A stretch of DNA of 64,000 bases, taken from Mayamaea pseudoterrestris. Taxonomy: Eukaryota. Made by a program: the position numbers and the translations under genes. The stretch covers positions 434,001 to 498,000 of the forward strand of contig BROI01000013.1 of the NCBI GenBank assembly GCA_027923505.1, read 5' to 3'. This document shows positions 44,201 to 54,371 of the stretch, piece by piece. The first letter of the stretch is position 1, and each line of letters begins with the position of its first letter. The notes beneath the pieces are model-generated. The model saw nothing but the letters and a program-made list of their open reading frames with translations. It was not told the DNA's origin and did not search any database.

Positions 44201-47200
44201 ACTCACAAGCTCAGCCAAGTTAAAAGAACTTGTACTTATTCTTGTTGCAGAGTGTGGTGTCAAGCTACCATACTGGGATCTTATTGCCGGCGCCTTGTAT
44301 GCTGAGGTTCCTAAAGCGTCTGGTAAAATTGTGCATAGGAATGGCGCGGACAAGAGAAGAGTTGCTGTACTGGCGACACTTCCAGATGCACAAATTTTGA
44401 CTTCATTTTTATTGAATGTCCTTGGTATTCCGCATACTCTACTGCTAAGACCGCCTTCGCTTCCAGACGTTGAAGCGAAGGACGATGGTGTGTATGGGTT
44501 CGGGCAAGCAACTTTGTCCCATTTCAATTCCGACACCAAGGGGCAGCGTGATATGATACGGGAAGCGTACCCGATAGTTTTAATTACTTCACCCGAACTT
44601 GTCGGTGGCGATCATGCCGGCCTTGGGGTCGAAACGGCTGATCTTGTGGTCTTACTCGACGACGATTGGAGCGGGCGAGGAAGCCTTTTACTGCGTTCGC
44701 TCAGATCTCGCATTTTTTCTCGACAGCAAGGGTCTTCAAAGCTGGGCACTTGCAACTTTATCAGGCTAGTAGCAGCAGACACATGCGAAGCATCATTCAT
44801 AAACAGCACTGACGAGTTGGATCAGTATGAAACTTTAAACAAATGCGAAGTCACACGCGCGATAGCTTGGCCTACAAATGCAGCAGGAGAATATTATTCT
44901 CCGATTCTAATGCCCTGCCCTGTCCGCGATGGTGGCTGTCTGTTTTGCAAAAGCCTTGCTTCGGAATTTGGTTTCCCCGCGACAAATATACTCAAATTTA
45001 GAAACGCGAACCTTTCGGACGTGCTGGCGACGCAAATTGCAGCATCACAGCTTTTGACATCCTCAGAGCTACTATTTGTTCCGCGTTTTACTAAAAAGGG
45101 AATAGATTCGGATACGGATGCGGCTTTAGCGGCTAGTCTCATTAACCAAGAGGAGAAAGTAAGGTTGCGACGCCCAACCGTTTCAAATTGCCTGAAAGTT
45201 CCGAGAAACAATGCACTTCCTTGTGAGCCATGGAAACCTTCCTTTGTTGCCTTGTCGCATAGAAACGAGTTCAAGCCTCCATCGATTGAATGTTTGCCAT
45301 TTGTTAGAGGCACTACGTTTGATGAAGGCGTAACGGATGTTGGGAATATTGCTCTTTCACTTCCTACCGCTCTAACCGCAACTGATTTGAAGGCCTCTGC
45401 CTCTCCTTATGAATTGGAATTGACCCAACATGAAGACGCGAGTATTGAACCTGTCGGGACACCCGACGCTTTACTTTTCTATCCTTATACAGACCGCAAA
45501 ACTTCGATTCGGACCATCGCCTCAGGCTCGCGTGTCAACGCATTTTCTCTTAGCTTTAGCGAGACTGTCATGTCGCTCACTCAAAGTTTCGGAAGCGCGG
45601 CTTTAGAGGTTCTTCTTTACAGTCCACCGCTTCTTCCAGGAATTCAAAATTGCGCCGAGCAGGCTCGACATGATGTTGGATCGATGTATTCTCGTCAGCA
45701 GTTGGCAGACGCTGGGATTCAAGCAAGCAAAGAACATAACTCATTTGTGACTGAAGATGAAGCTATCTACGGCGATGCAGCCTCGGTACTGAATGACCTT
45801 GCAGATGACTACGGTCTAGCTGGAATAGGTGCTGTTCCGTTACCGAGAGATTCGGCGCTGCTTGCTGGTTGGTTGACAACCGAGACAAAGAAAAGTCAGC
45901 CGACAGATGCTGTTGACATTTGGTTGTCTCAGTTACCACCTTGTGACAATGAAGAAAAAAGTTCGTTTCTTGCTGGGGACTATAATGCAGTCACCCGCGA
46001 TCGAATGCTCTTACTGGTTTCTCGCAAGCGAACTCGCGATGGCGAAGGGTTATCTTTTTTTGCGAGTTCTACTATTGCTCCGGGAAATACGTCTTATGCG
46101 TCCGGGGTTGCCAAATCACTTCAAAGCATCAATACATATTTTCAAGACGCCAATGGAAAGCGATTAAAGAAGAAGATTGCCCCGACGGATGCTCGAGCTT
46201 CGGCCTTCAATCGGCTTAGTCCAACCGGTAAACCTGCCTCTTTGGTGTCCGGGGACCAGTTTGCGGTGGTTTCTTCTTCAATGCATAGACCCGTTGATCA
46301 TTCCGTGCGCAATTTATCGCTTGGAAGACAAGGCGGTAAACCGCGGTCATTGTTCGAAACTTCTTCCTACCAAGCAGCGACATCTCGTGTAAGGAATAGG
46401 GTGGCTGACCGAATCGAGAGACTATGCTGGAACTCGCCGACTGCATTTGATGTCGGTCCTGGACTTCCTCTCATCGTCAAGCAGCATATGTCGGCCCCGG
46501 CTCGCCATGATTTATTTGCTGTTGATCCGGCTCTATGGACTAGCATAGTGAAGCGTCTCAGGACAAGAGAATGCTCGACTGGTGACGAGTCATTGGGAGT
46601 TGCTGCAGCACAGCGAGCTGCGTTTCGGCGGTGTTTAAATGGTCCATGCCGGATCGACTTTGGTCCATTTCAATGTGGATTTCTTGCTTATCCGACTGGA
46701 ATGAGCGCGATTCTGCCACCTCGTCTGCGACCGGGTATATCCCTCCCGATGGGCGTAAAGATTCATGCGCCAAAGAATCTACTATTTGATCCTTGGAAGG
46801 AAAAAGAAGATGAATTGCTGCGTCAGTCGGTGTCTCGCTTCGGAATGAATTGGGTCCTGATTTCTAAAGTGATTGGGGGATTTGCATGGGTTAGCTCGTC
46901 GTTTCAACTAACGTCTTCGGTTGCAAAATCGCCTCGAGCATGTCGAGAGCGCTGGCAGTTGTTGGTTCGAGCGCAGCCTAAATTGGCGAAGGAAAATAAT
47001 GAACAATTTGCTAGATCGTCTACAATCGCTGATGCGGAAACTCGACGTGTGACAGCCGAAATTACAACTTCTGATCGCGTCCCCAGCAAGATCGAGTTTC
47101 TTGTTTTAGAAAAGAATGAGGCGAAGGGCATGCCGATGGATTTTGCAAATGAGAAGGACGCCAAGGACACTCCTCCCATTGCCGGGTCAAAACGATCGTT

Positions 47201-47939
47201 TGCCGCGTTTAAAGCTGCAAGAGCAAGAAAGCATGTGGTACCGGTTACACTCCCTGGAGTCAGCGGGAGTACACCAGCAAGCCTTCCCGTACACCCATCG
47301 CACGTACAGGCGACACAAATCGCAACGGCTAATTATTCTAGCAGCGGGCGGACCGAAATGTGGCCACTCCAGCTACTTGAGACCTTGGATCGACAGCGTG
47401 CTTTATCAACATCTCCGCCCTCTTCTTCAACTGGCGCTGCGGTCTCAGCTACTGCTAAATCACCCAGTCCTGCTGTTGCTTCATCTCGCAGTCAAGGAAA
47501 GCCGTCATTAGCGTCCTCGACAATTCGTGCGGTCGCTCCTCCAAACGCCTCGGCAAGCCATCAACGACCTGTGCCGCCTACCAAACCAACTACAACGACA
47601 TCTTTAAAACATTCACACACATCACCTCAAAGGCCTGCCGCCACGGCGGCATCCTTCAATCCACCACCGTCGACAATGACTACTGCACCTGCGTCGACCA
47701 CATGTTCATCTTCATCGAATGCAACTGCCTACAAGGTTAATTTGCCCGATACCACTCACCAAGTGCCATTGCCAGCAACGCCCCTAGCGAAAGATACGCC
47801 TCCGGCATCTACAAGTGCAACAACTACTGAGGCTGCCTCTGCTCTTGATGCGCAAGTGTCCTTGTCAGCGCTTGAGCCGGCAATGAGTACGCCTCTAACG
47901 AACGAGGAACCGCCTGCTGATGGCAAACCCAAACCATAG
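41251..47939 (+). CDS. EP400/SWR1/EAF1-like chromatin protein (HSA + degenerate SNF2 ATPase + SANT/Myb); intron 43222-43289
   Basis: THWDSVLDEMKWLATDFIEEREWK (HSA); SSGKT, GPQLILC..S...WMHEI, SSAKL, GLGVETADLVVLLDDDW; WKEKEDELL...FGMNW...SPRACRERW. Confidence 0.85.
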
Positions 47940-48022
47940 ACCATAGACTGCATGTTGCTACTAATATACATCCTTTTTGATTGACTTTCTATAGCAGTTC
48001 TAAATGCAAAATTAAATACATA

Positions 48023-48337
48023 TCAAGTATCCTTCTTACTCTCGGCCAGTGATGTTTTCGTTTCGTCATTCTCGTCATTTACAATCACAACGTCCGCCTC
48101 CTTATTGGCCGCATGCCACACGCGATACCATTTCGTTAAAACTGCAACCACAATGGTCGCCAGCAATGCCAGCAGTCTCGAATATGGAGGCAATGGATCA
48201 ACGACAAACAAGCCAATGCAAAGTATGAGCGTTGCCTTGGCGACATACTCGAACGGAACGTAGCTAAGGAGGGCGAGTGACGCTGCTAGCATTAAATTGC
48301 CGCCCATGACGGGTTCGCCACGAGAAATTTGAGACAT
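48023..48337 (-). CDS. Small membrane protein of unknown function
   Basis: 104 aa with ~3 hydrophobic segments and a charged tail. Confidence 0.65.
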   Translation of the reverse strand: MSQISRGEPVMGGNLMLAASLALLSYVPFEYVAKATLILCIGLFVVDPLPPYSRLLALLATIVVAVLTKWYRVWHAANKEADVVIVNDENDETKTSLAESKKDT

Positions 48338-49096
48338 GATTGTGTATTGTCAAAGCTGTAAAATGTAGTGAAGCTTGGGGATTTGTATAGCCTATTTATT
48401 TTCTTTGGTTCTCGCAGAGTCAACAACAAGTCAATCTTGAACGATTGAAGCTCAAACGCCAGTCGACAGCTTCAAATGCTTTCTGATTCGCTGGTCGTTG
48501 CTAGTATTGCTGTTTTCTACCAAGCTAGGAACTGTCTCCCGGTTTACTCCTTGAGCACGACAATGTCGATTGTAAAATTGTGGACCTTGTGAATGATGAT
48601 TGCACACGCTTGCCCGAATGTGTGGCGGATAGTCTCGCAACCCTTGCAACTTTCTGGTCTATTTATGAGCTAGTCCAGCCCGCCAAATGCTGTTGCTATG
48701 TTTTGGTTCTTGTCGATACTTGCTTCGTCTCGGAGCCAAAGCTCTGCTGTATATCGGTCACACCTCGCATCTTTCAAAGAAAGGAACTTGAGTACCGGTA
48801 CGAATGTGATTTGTAACGCTACGACACTCCCGTTTTCGAAGCGAAACGTCTTCCGCCATGACAAAAGAGGCAGCGCTCACACCAAACTAGCGAGAGAAGT
48901 CTGCCGAAGGATATCCGACGGACGCAGAGCTTTGTGATTACAAAAGCCTTTAGTTGCACTCGATTTTGCACGTCGTTTCTTCCGACTAGCTTCTTTTCTC
49001 TCGTCATTCACCGCACAGTCCAAGACTCGGTCTCACACGAAAGCTGCAGCAGCCAGCACATTCCTTTCTCAACTCTACAAAGCAAACAGAGCAGAT

Positions 49097-49684
49097 ATGC
49101 CACTTTTTACTTTCTTTACAAAAACGCGAGCCTTCAAGCGTTTGACAAAGTGGGCCTTCAAGGAGTGCGACATTAAAAAGACGGGACGCATTTCCAAGAA
49201 CGATTTCTACGCCGGCATGTTGCTCGTGCACATTCAACTCGCCAAGTACGCGGGGTCGGCCGCCTGCTTTCCTCCCACGCGACAGGTCTGCGACAAGATT
49301 TTTGAAGCCTGCGATGAGGATAACTCGGAAACGATTGATGAATTGGAGTTTAACCAGTGCATGGTGGTGTGCTGCGCGCAAATTTCGAGTCGCATTGCCG
49401 TTTACTACTCTGTCATTATCTTGTTTGTTCCATTCTTGGTGCAGCATATTATGCATGTCGTTGACAGTGCGGATGATTTTGCGCTTTGGCTGACTGGAGG
49501 AGGAGCCATGCAGCGGCTACTTGATGTTTCGTCATCCTTTTTGGATTGGTCGTCCTTGGCCAAGTCGGTGGTGTCAAGCTGCTGCTTTACTTTGCTCATT
49601 CCGTTTTCATTCGACTTGATTGATCGGTATTCTCGGCGAGCTGCTGAAGAGATTACTGTTGCTGGTGCCAAGCGAATGACTTGA
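49097..49684 (+). CDS. EF-hand protein with C-terminal hydrophobic helices
   Basis: DIKKTGRISKNDF and DEDNSETIDELEF loops. Confidence 0.8.
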   Translation: MPLFTFFTKTRAFKRLTKWAFKECDIKKTGRISKNDFYAGMLLVHIQLAKYAGSAACFPPTRQVCDKIFEACDEDNSETIDELEFNQCMVVCCAQISSRIAVYYSVIILFVPFLVQHIMHVVDSADDFALWLTGGGAMQRLLDVSSSFLDWSSLAKSVVSSCCFTLLIPFSFDLIDRYSRRAAEEITVAGAKRMT

Positions 49685-49748
49685 ATATAATTTTAAAAGT
49701 GTTACGACTACCTTTAGCGTTATTAACGACACGAATAAATTATATAAG

Positions 49749-50697
49749 TCACTCTTCAATCTTTGCCTTCTTTGCTAACGGCTCTGGCATTGGCCCATCC
49801 TCTTCATCGTCAGTCTCGGCATCATCGTCGTAATATTCGAGCGTTTCGTTTTCCAGCTTTTTATTGCTAGCCCAGACACCTGATTGAGGAGCAGGCCCAA
49901 AATCCTCTTCATCGTCCGTCTCGGCGTCGTCACTATCTGTTTTCGCTGCTGCTGCTACTGCTGCATCATCTTCATCATCCACCTCTTCGTCACTATCATC
50001 CTCGTCGCCATCATTTTGTTTCCTTTGTGCTTGCTCCTCCTCCTGCACTTTGCGAGCCTGCTCCTTGGCTTCGAGCCGTCGTTCTCGCGCAATCTGGACT
50101 GCCGCCAGCGACTGCCCGTACTTGTTGCCGAAAATGTTTCTTGGTCCATTACCTTTTCCCGATGCGCACCCCATGCAACCCGTCTGTCAAAATAAAAAGA
50201 CATGCACATGGAGTAAGATGATTAGAATTTGCAAGTGACAGTCGCACTCACGCACTCATTTTTATACATGCAGCACTCACCGTCGGATCCTTGGCATCCA
50301 TCTGATCCTGCGATCGATCCTTCCACGGAACGCGACAAATGCTAGTCGTTCCAAACTTGTAGTTGGCAGGATTGATAACGTAGGTGGAGCAGAGGCGCTC
50401 ATAACCAGGCTTTTTCCATTTGGCAATCAGCCCAGCGTCAATTAGCTTTTGGTCCAAGCAGTATTGATAGACTTGTCGCGAAATCTTGTTGTATTTGTAA
50501 AACATGTCGTAGACGTAGCGCGATCGTTGCCAGTTGATTTGATGGACCGGCCAGAGCGATTCATTCTTGCGAATCGTGAGGTTGTTTTCCTTGACCTTGT
50601 CGCGCAATTCATTCTCCAGTGCCTCGAGAATAGGCTCGATATAGTCAAAACCAGGAGGCGGACGCTTTGATTTGTTCCATTTTTGAGGAAGAGGCAT
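49749..50697 (-). CDS. BUD31: BUD31/G10 splicing factor with acidic C-terminal extension; intron 50184-50280
   Basis: PPPGFDYIEP, ESLWPVHQINWQRSRYVYD, DAGLIAKWKKPGYERLC, ICRVP, GCMGCASG after a GTGAGT...GACAG splice. Confidence 0.92.
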
Positions 50698-50933
50698 GAT
50701 GGCTTATCTAGTAGAAGCGATCAGATGAGCAGCAAGGCAAACGACAAGAAAGGAAAGTGCGGATGGTGCATGGCGATTCGACCTTCCCTCGTGAGTACCG
50801 TTAAGACGACTGATGCGACATTTATCGCATATTGCCGCTTTATTTTAGTTACGATCGAAATCAAAGCGATCAATTACAATCTTCGTATAGCATACAAAGC
50901 CATGGTAAATAGTTACAAAAATAGCTGTTAGGA

Positions 50934-51530
50934 TCATGCACCAGTCGACGTGGGTCTCGCAGGCAGCGCATCCCTAGCATTGTCAATCGCATTCGAGTCC
51001 TGTAACCTAAGCAGCCGCTTGTCTGCCTCAATGTCGCTCATCTCCAAGGCTACTTTGGCTAGTTCATCCAATACACCATGAAGTAACACCGACTCCTGCA
51101 GTCGATACTGCAAACTAGGCTTTTCGCCATGTCGGACAAATTTAATACCGTAATCTTCCAGTTCAATTGACACCATGCCAGATCCATCAGCATAATAGAC
51201 TTGCAACTCACCCGGCTGGTCACCTTGCTTGGTGAACCATGACTTTGGAACAGGCTTGTTCTGTTCTCCGACGAGATAAATCTGCAACAGAAATCGCAAG
51301 GCGCCAATCTTGAGGTCGGTCGCAGGCACTTGCATGATTGTTTGCGGTCCTGCACTCTTGTTACCAAGTACTCCTCCAAGAAGGTCATCCAGAAAACCTT
51401 CCCGAAGAGTTGTCGAAGTTGACGATGAATGGACAGCTGTGCTTGGAATGGCAGACGGCACGAATGCCGAGCACGACGACACCATCAAGGTTGAAAAGAC
51501 GAGTACGAGTGGCGTGGCGGATCCTTTCAT
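50934..51530 (-). CDS. Plastid-targeted hypothetical protein
   Basis: Signal peptide ending CSA-FVP (ASAFAP-type) followed by a Ser/Thr-rich transit peptide. Confidence 0.8.
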   Translation of the reverse strand: MKGSATPLVLVFSTLMVSSCSAFVPSAIPSTAVHSSSTSTTLREGFLDDLLGGVLGNKSAGPQTIMQVPATDLKIGALRFLLQIYLVGEQNKPVPKSWFTKQGDQPGELQVYYADGSGMVSIELEDYGIKFVRHGEKPSLQYRLQESVLLHGVLDELAKVALEMSDIEADKRLLRLQDSNAIDNARDALPARPTSTGA

Positions 51531-51646
51531 TCTAGAGATGAATGATCTATTTTTAGCTTGTGATATCTGGTGGCCGGCTTATTTATATAAGCAGCAAGGA
51601 TGAATCTTGTAAATTAGGTGGTCGTTTCTTTTTTTATTGTCGTCGT

Positions 51647-51673
51647 GTCGTCGTCGTCGTCGTCGTCGTCGTC
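51647..51673. repeat. (GTC)9 microsatellite
   Basis: Read directly; lies between two divergent genes. Confidence 0.9.
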
Positions 51674-51874
51674 GAGCATCATCGTCGCGATGCCTCGACA
51701 AACTGTCTGTCGTATCGGTTCTCGCTAGTACCGATCCGACATCGCGAGGCTCGACAACCCATCATCATCTTCGTCGTCAGCTGCCATGAGAGTTTCGCTT
51801 CTATCACAACCAGCCTGCTAAATATTAGCTAGTCAACTCACAATTCCAATTATAATACAGATTGGAATGGCAGT

Positions 51875-52969
51875 ATGAGCAACGCGAGCGATCTCCAATA
51901 TGTCTCTTCTCTTGCTTCCGCCATGCCTCAACAGACTGGCCCTCGCAAACGACTCGGACGAGCGTCTCGCCAACGACGCCAGAAACTCTTGGAAATTGAG
52001 CAAGCTGAAGCGCTCATGCTGGAGCAAATGCGAAATCCAGCTTCTTCTGGATGTAATCATGCTAGATGCAAGATTGAAGCAATGGAAAATTCTCTGCTGC
52101 CGAATGATCGCGATTTGACCATCCAAGGTGATCATCCCTGTGCACTTTCGAATCGCGACAAAGCCTTCCTCACGGCGCAGCTTGGATACGTACCAGGTAA
52201 CGCTCTGCGCGTCTCTTGTCGCCTTGGTGATCTGGACTTACCAGGTGTTTGTCAAAATGATGAAAACAAGGAGGAGCCAGTGGCGATTCAGCTGTATCCA
52301 CTGGTTTCGCGAAAAGCAACAATCAACAAGACAATGAATGGCGCCAAGAGCACTAAAACTCGCAAACAGAGGACACGGAAGCGGCATGTTTCTGAAGTAA
52401 CGACGTCAGTTGATGGAACCGATGTTGCTCATGCTGGTGTTTCCGTCAGTGACAACGAGCACGATCCAACTGCTCATGACGATCAACTACTGCTCGAACC
52501 CTTTCCTACCATGTTTTGGCTGACACACCCTTTGCTACGCATCATGATTTCAAAGTTGGAAGTTTCAGGCATGGGAAGTGAGATTGAAAAGCGTTTGAAC
52601 GGAGATGGTAGCACACACGAGGCTAGTGCAGGCCCATTGGACACCAATGCAAACATAACCGACAACCAAACTTTATCCCACTTGGACCAGATGAAACGCG
52701 CGCACAGTGCGTATGGGCAGGCACGCTTTCAATTGCTCACGCCTGCTCATGTGCAGTTGCTTCATGACCGTTCCTGGACGAGAGCACTGGATGCGTCGCG
52801 AGGTGTCGCTGGCATGGCAATGCCCAACGCCGTCAAGTGTCTGCACACACATGCTGCTCACTTTATGTCGCGGCCGCAGGATGGAAATGTTATTGGAAAG
52901 TGGGTCATGCAGGAAATTACTAGAGTACTGACAGAGAAACAGCAAGCGGTTGGCGAGCTAAAGATGTAA
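51875..52969 (+). CDS. DUF501 family protein
   Basis: QLGYVP, EPFPTMFWLTHP, ISKLE..G, H.AY...R, GVAG, VKCLHTHAAH, NVIG. Confidence 0.85.
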   Translation: MSNASDLQYVSSLASAMPQQTGPRKRLGRASRQRRQKLLEIEQAEALMLEQMRNPASSGCNHARCKIEAMENSLLPNDRDLTIQGDHPCALSNRDKAFLTAQLGYVPGNALRVSCRLGDLDLPGVCQNDENKEEPVAIQLYPLVSRKATINKTMNGAKSTKTRKQRTRKRHVSEVTTSVDGTDVAHAGVSVSDNEHDPTAHDDQLLLEPFPTMFWLTHPLLRIMISKLEVSGMGSEIEKRLNGDGSTHEASAGPLDTNANITDNQTLSHLDQMKRAHSAYGQARFQLLTPAHVQLLHDRSWTRALDASRGVAGMAMPNAVKCLHTHAAHFMSRPQDGNVIGKWVMQEITRVLTEKQQAVGELKM

Positions 52970-53076
52970 ACCAGTACTTAAAGCAACGCTTACTGAACTT
53001 TAATATCTATACGTAGATTTTAATTTTATCGATCATCCTACGTAGCATCTTGCCGACTTGTTATCGAGTGCATCAA

Positions 53077-54093
53077 TCAATTACATCGCAGGTATCTCTC
53101 TTGTTGCTGTCTGACTTGGTCGTCATGTGCTATTCTTTCGTGGCCCGTCGCCAATATTGCCTCCAGACATTGCTCGACAGTGGTCCCGACTCGATACCCA
53201 CATTCGACCAGTGCTTGCCCATTACCCAATTCCCAATCGTCGACAACAGCTTGGACTTGCTCCGCAGAGTAGACGCTCGGCTCGAGTAAATTGGTTGCCA
53301 CTTCGTGACGTCCATGCGAATAGGCCAAGGTCAATGCTTCCACTTTTCCGTTACTCTCCATGCGAATGCGTTTCGTCAATGTCGTGGCAAGTTTGCGTGG
53401 ACACTTTGAATGGAGGCGAACGTTGTAGTTTTCGACGAAGCCATGTGTCGGTGCGCCAATGGTAATAATGGAAACAGATGGCCTTGTCGACGCATTGGAA
53501 GATGGACGGAAAAAGTCTGTAAAGTCGCGTCGAATAGTGGCGAGTGACGTTTTGCTGGGATGGGCATCTCCATAGTATAAAATTTGCTGATCAGAATGTC
53601 TGGCTTTGATTGTTTGGCCGATTTGTAGAGCGATAAGTGCACTAGGTGTATGTGAAAATGGAGATGATTCAATTGCTGCTCGGCCTTCTTCCTTTAAACC
53701 TTTAGTATTAATCTCCTGAGTGTATTCCAACGGCATGACTGCGATATGATCGACGAGACCAACCGTAGGATGAGCTGACGAGTCATTGTCTGTCTCAGCG
53801 TCAGACTCCAAGATTCGTCCTGATACCCTGTCGAAGACTCTCGACACCAGATCCGAAGCTATGCTAGCTATTTGACTCGGTCCTCCAGCAAAGTGAAAGG
53901 ACGATCGATTGTAAGCAGTGTCAGTGTAGGCATGAACGACCACAATGTCTTCGAGCAAGAGGCACTGGTTTTGCGCGTGACGAAGAAGCGAGCGAAGGAT
54001 TGGAGCGTGACTTGCATGTTTGCCTAGCGTCACGTACACGTTGCAAGCCTGTAATTTTGTTGCGACTGCAGCAGATGATGACATTCTTATCAT
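53077..54093 (-). CDS. Formiminotransferase N-terminal subdomain protein
   Basis: LQACNVYV, DTAYNRSSF, HPTVGLVDHIAVMPL, LATIRR, VENYNV, VEALTLAYS. Confidence 0.82.
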   Translation of the reverse strand: MIRMSSSAAVATKLQACNVYVTLGKHASHAPILRSLLRHAQNQCLLLEDIVVVHAYTDTAYNRSSFHFAGGPSQIASIASDLVSRVFDRVSGRILESDAETDNDSSAHPTVGLVDHIAVMPLEYTQEINTKGLKEEGRAAIESSPFSHTPSALIALQIGQTIKARHSDQQILYYGDAHPSKTSLATIRRDFTDFFRPSSNASTRPSVSIITIGAPTHGFVENYNVRLHSKCPRKLATTLTKRIRMESNGKVEALTLAYSHGRHEVATNLLEPSVYSAEQVQAVVDDWELGNGQALVECGYRVGTTVEQCLEAILATGHERIAHDDQVRQQQERYLRCN

Positions 54094-54371
54094 ATTGCTT
54101 ACTATGCTTTGTCGAATGTGAAAGGTTCGTGCTCTTATCTTTGACAAACGAACAGAACCCCGTTGTTGCCTTCATTTTGATCGCGACGAGACGAACGTTT
54201 CTGTATCATGCGCGTCGCTACGGTACTCATATTGAAATTATTTGGAATTTCGATTTTGTCTTTTCATGATCTGAAATTGCAAAAGTATCCTTTGGCATGC
54301 CAATAACTGCTTTTCATTCCGTCGCATTAACGCACAAAACAGCACTATGAGAGCACGACTAAAAGGCTGCA

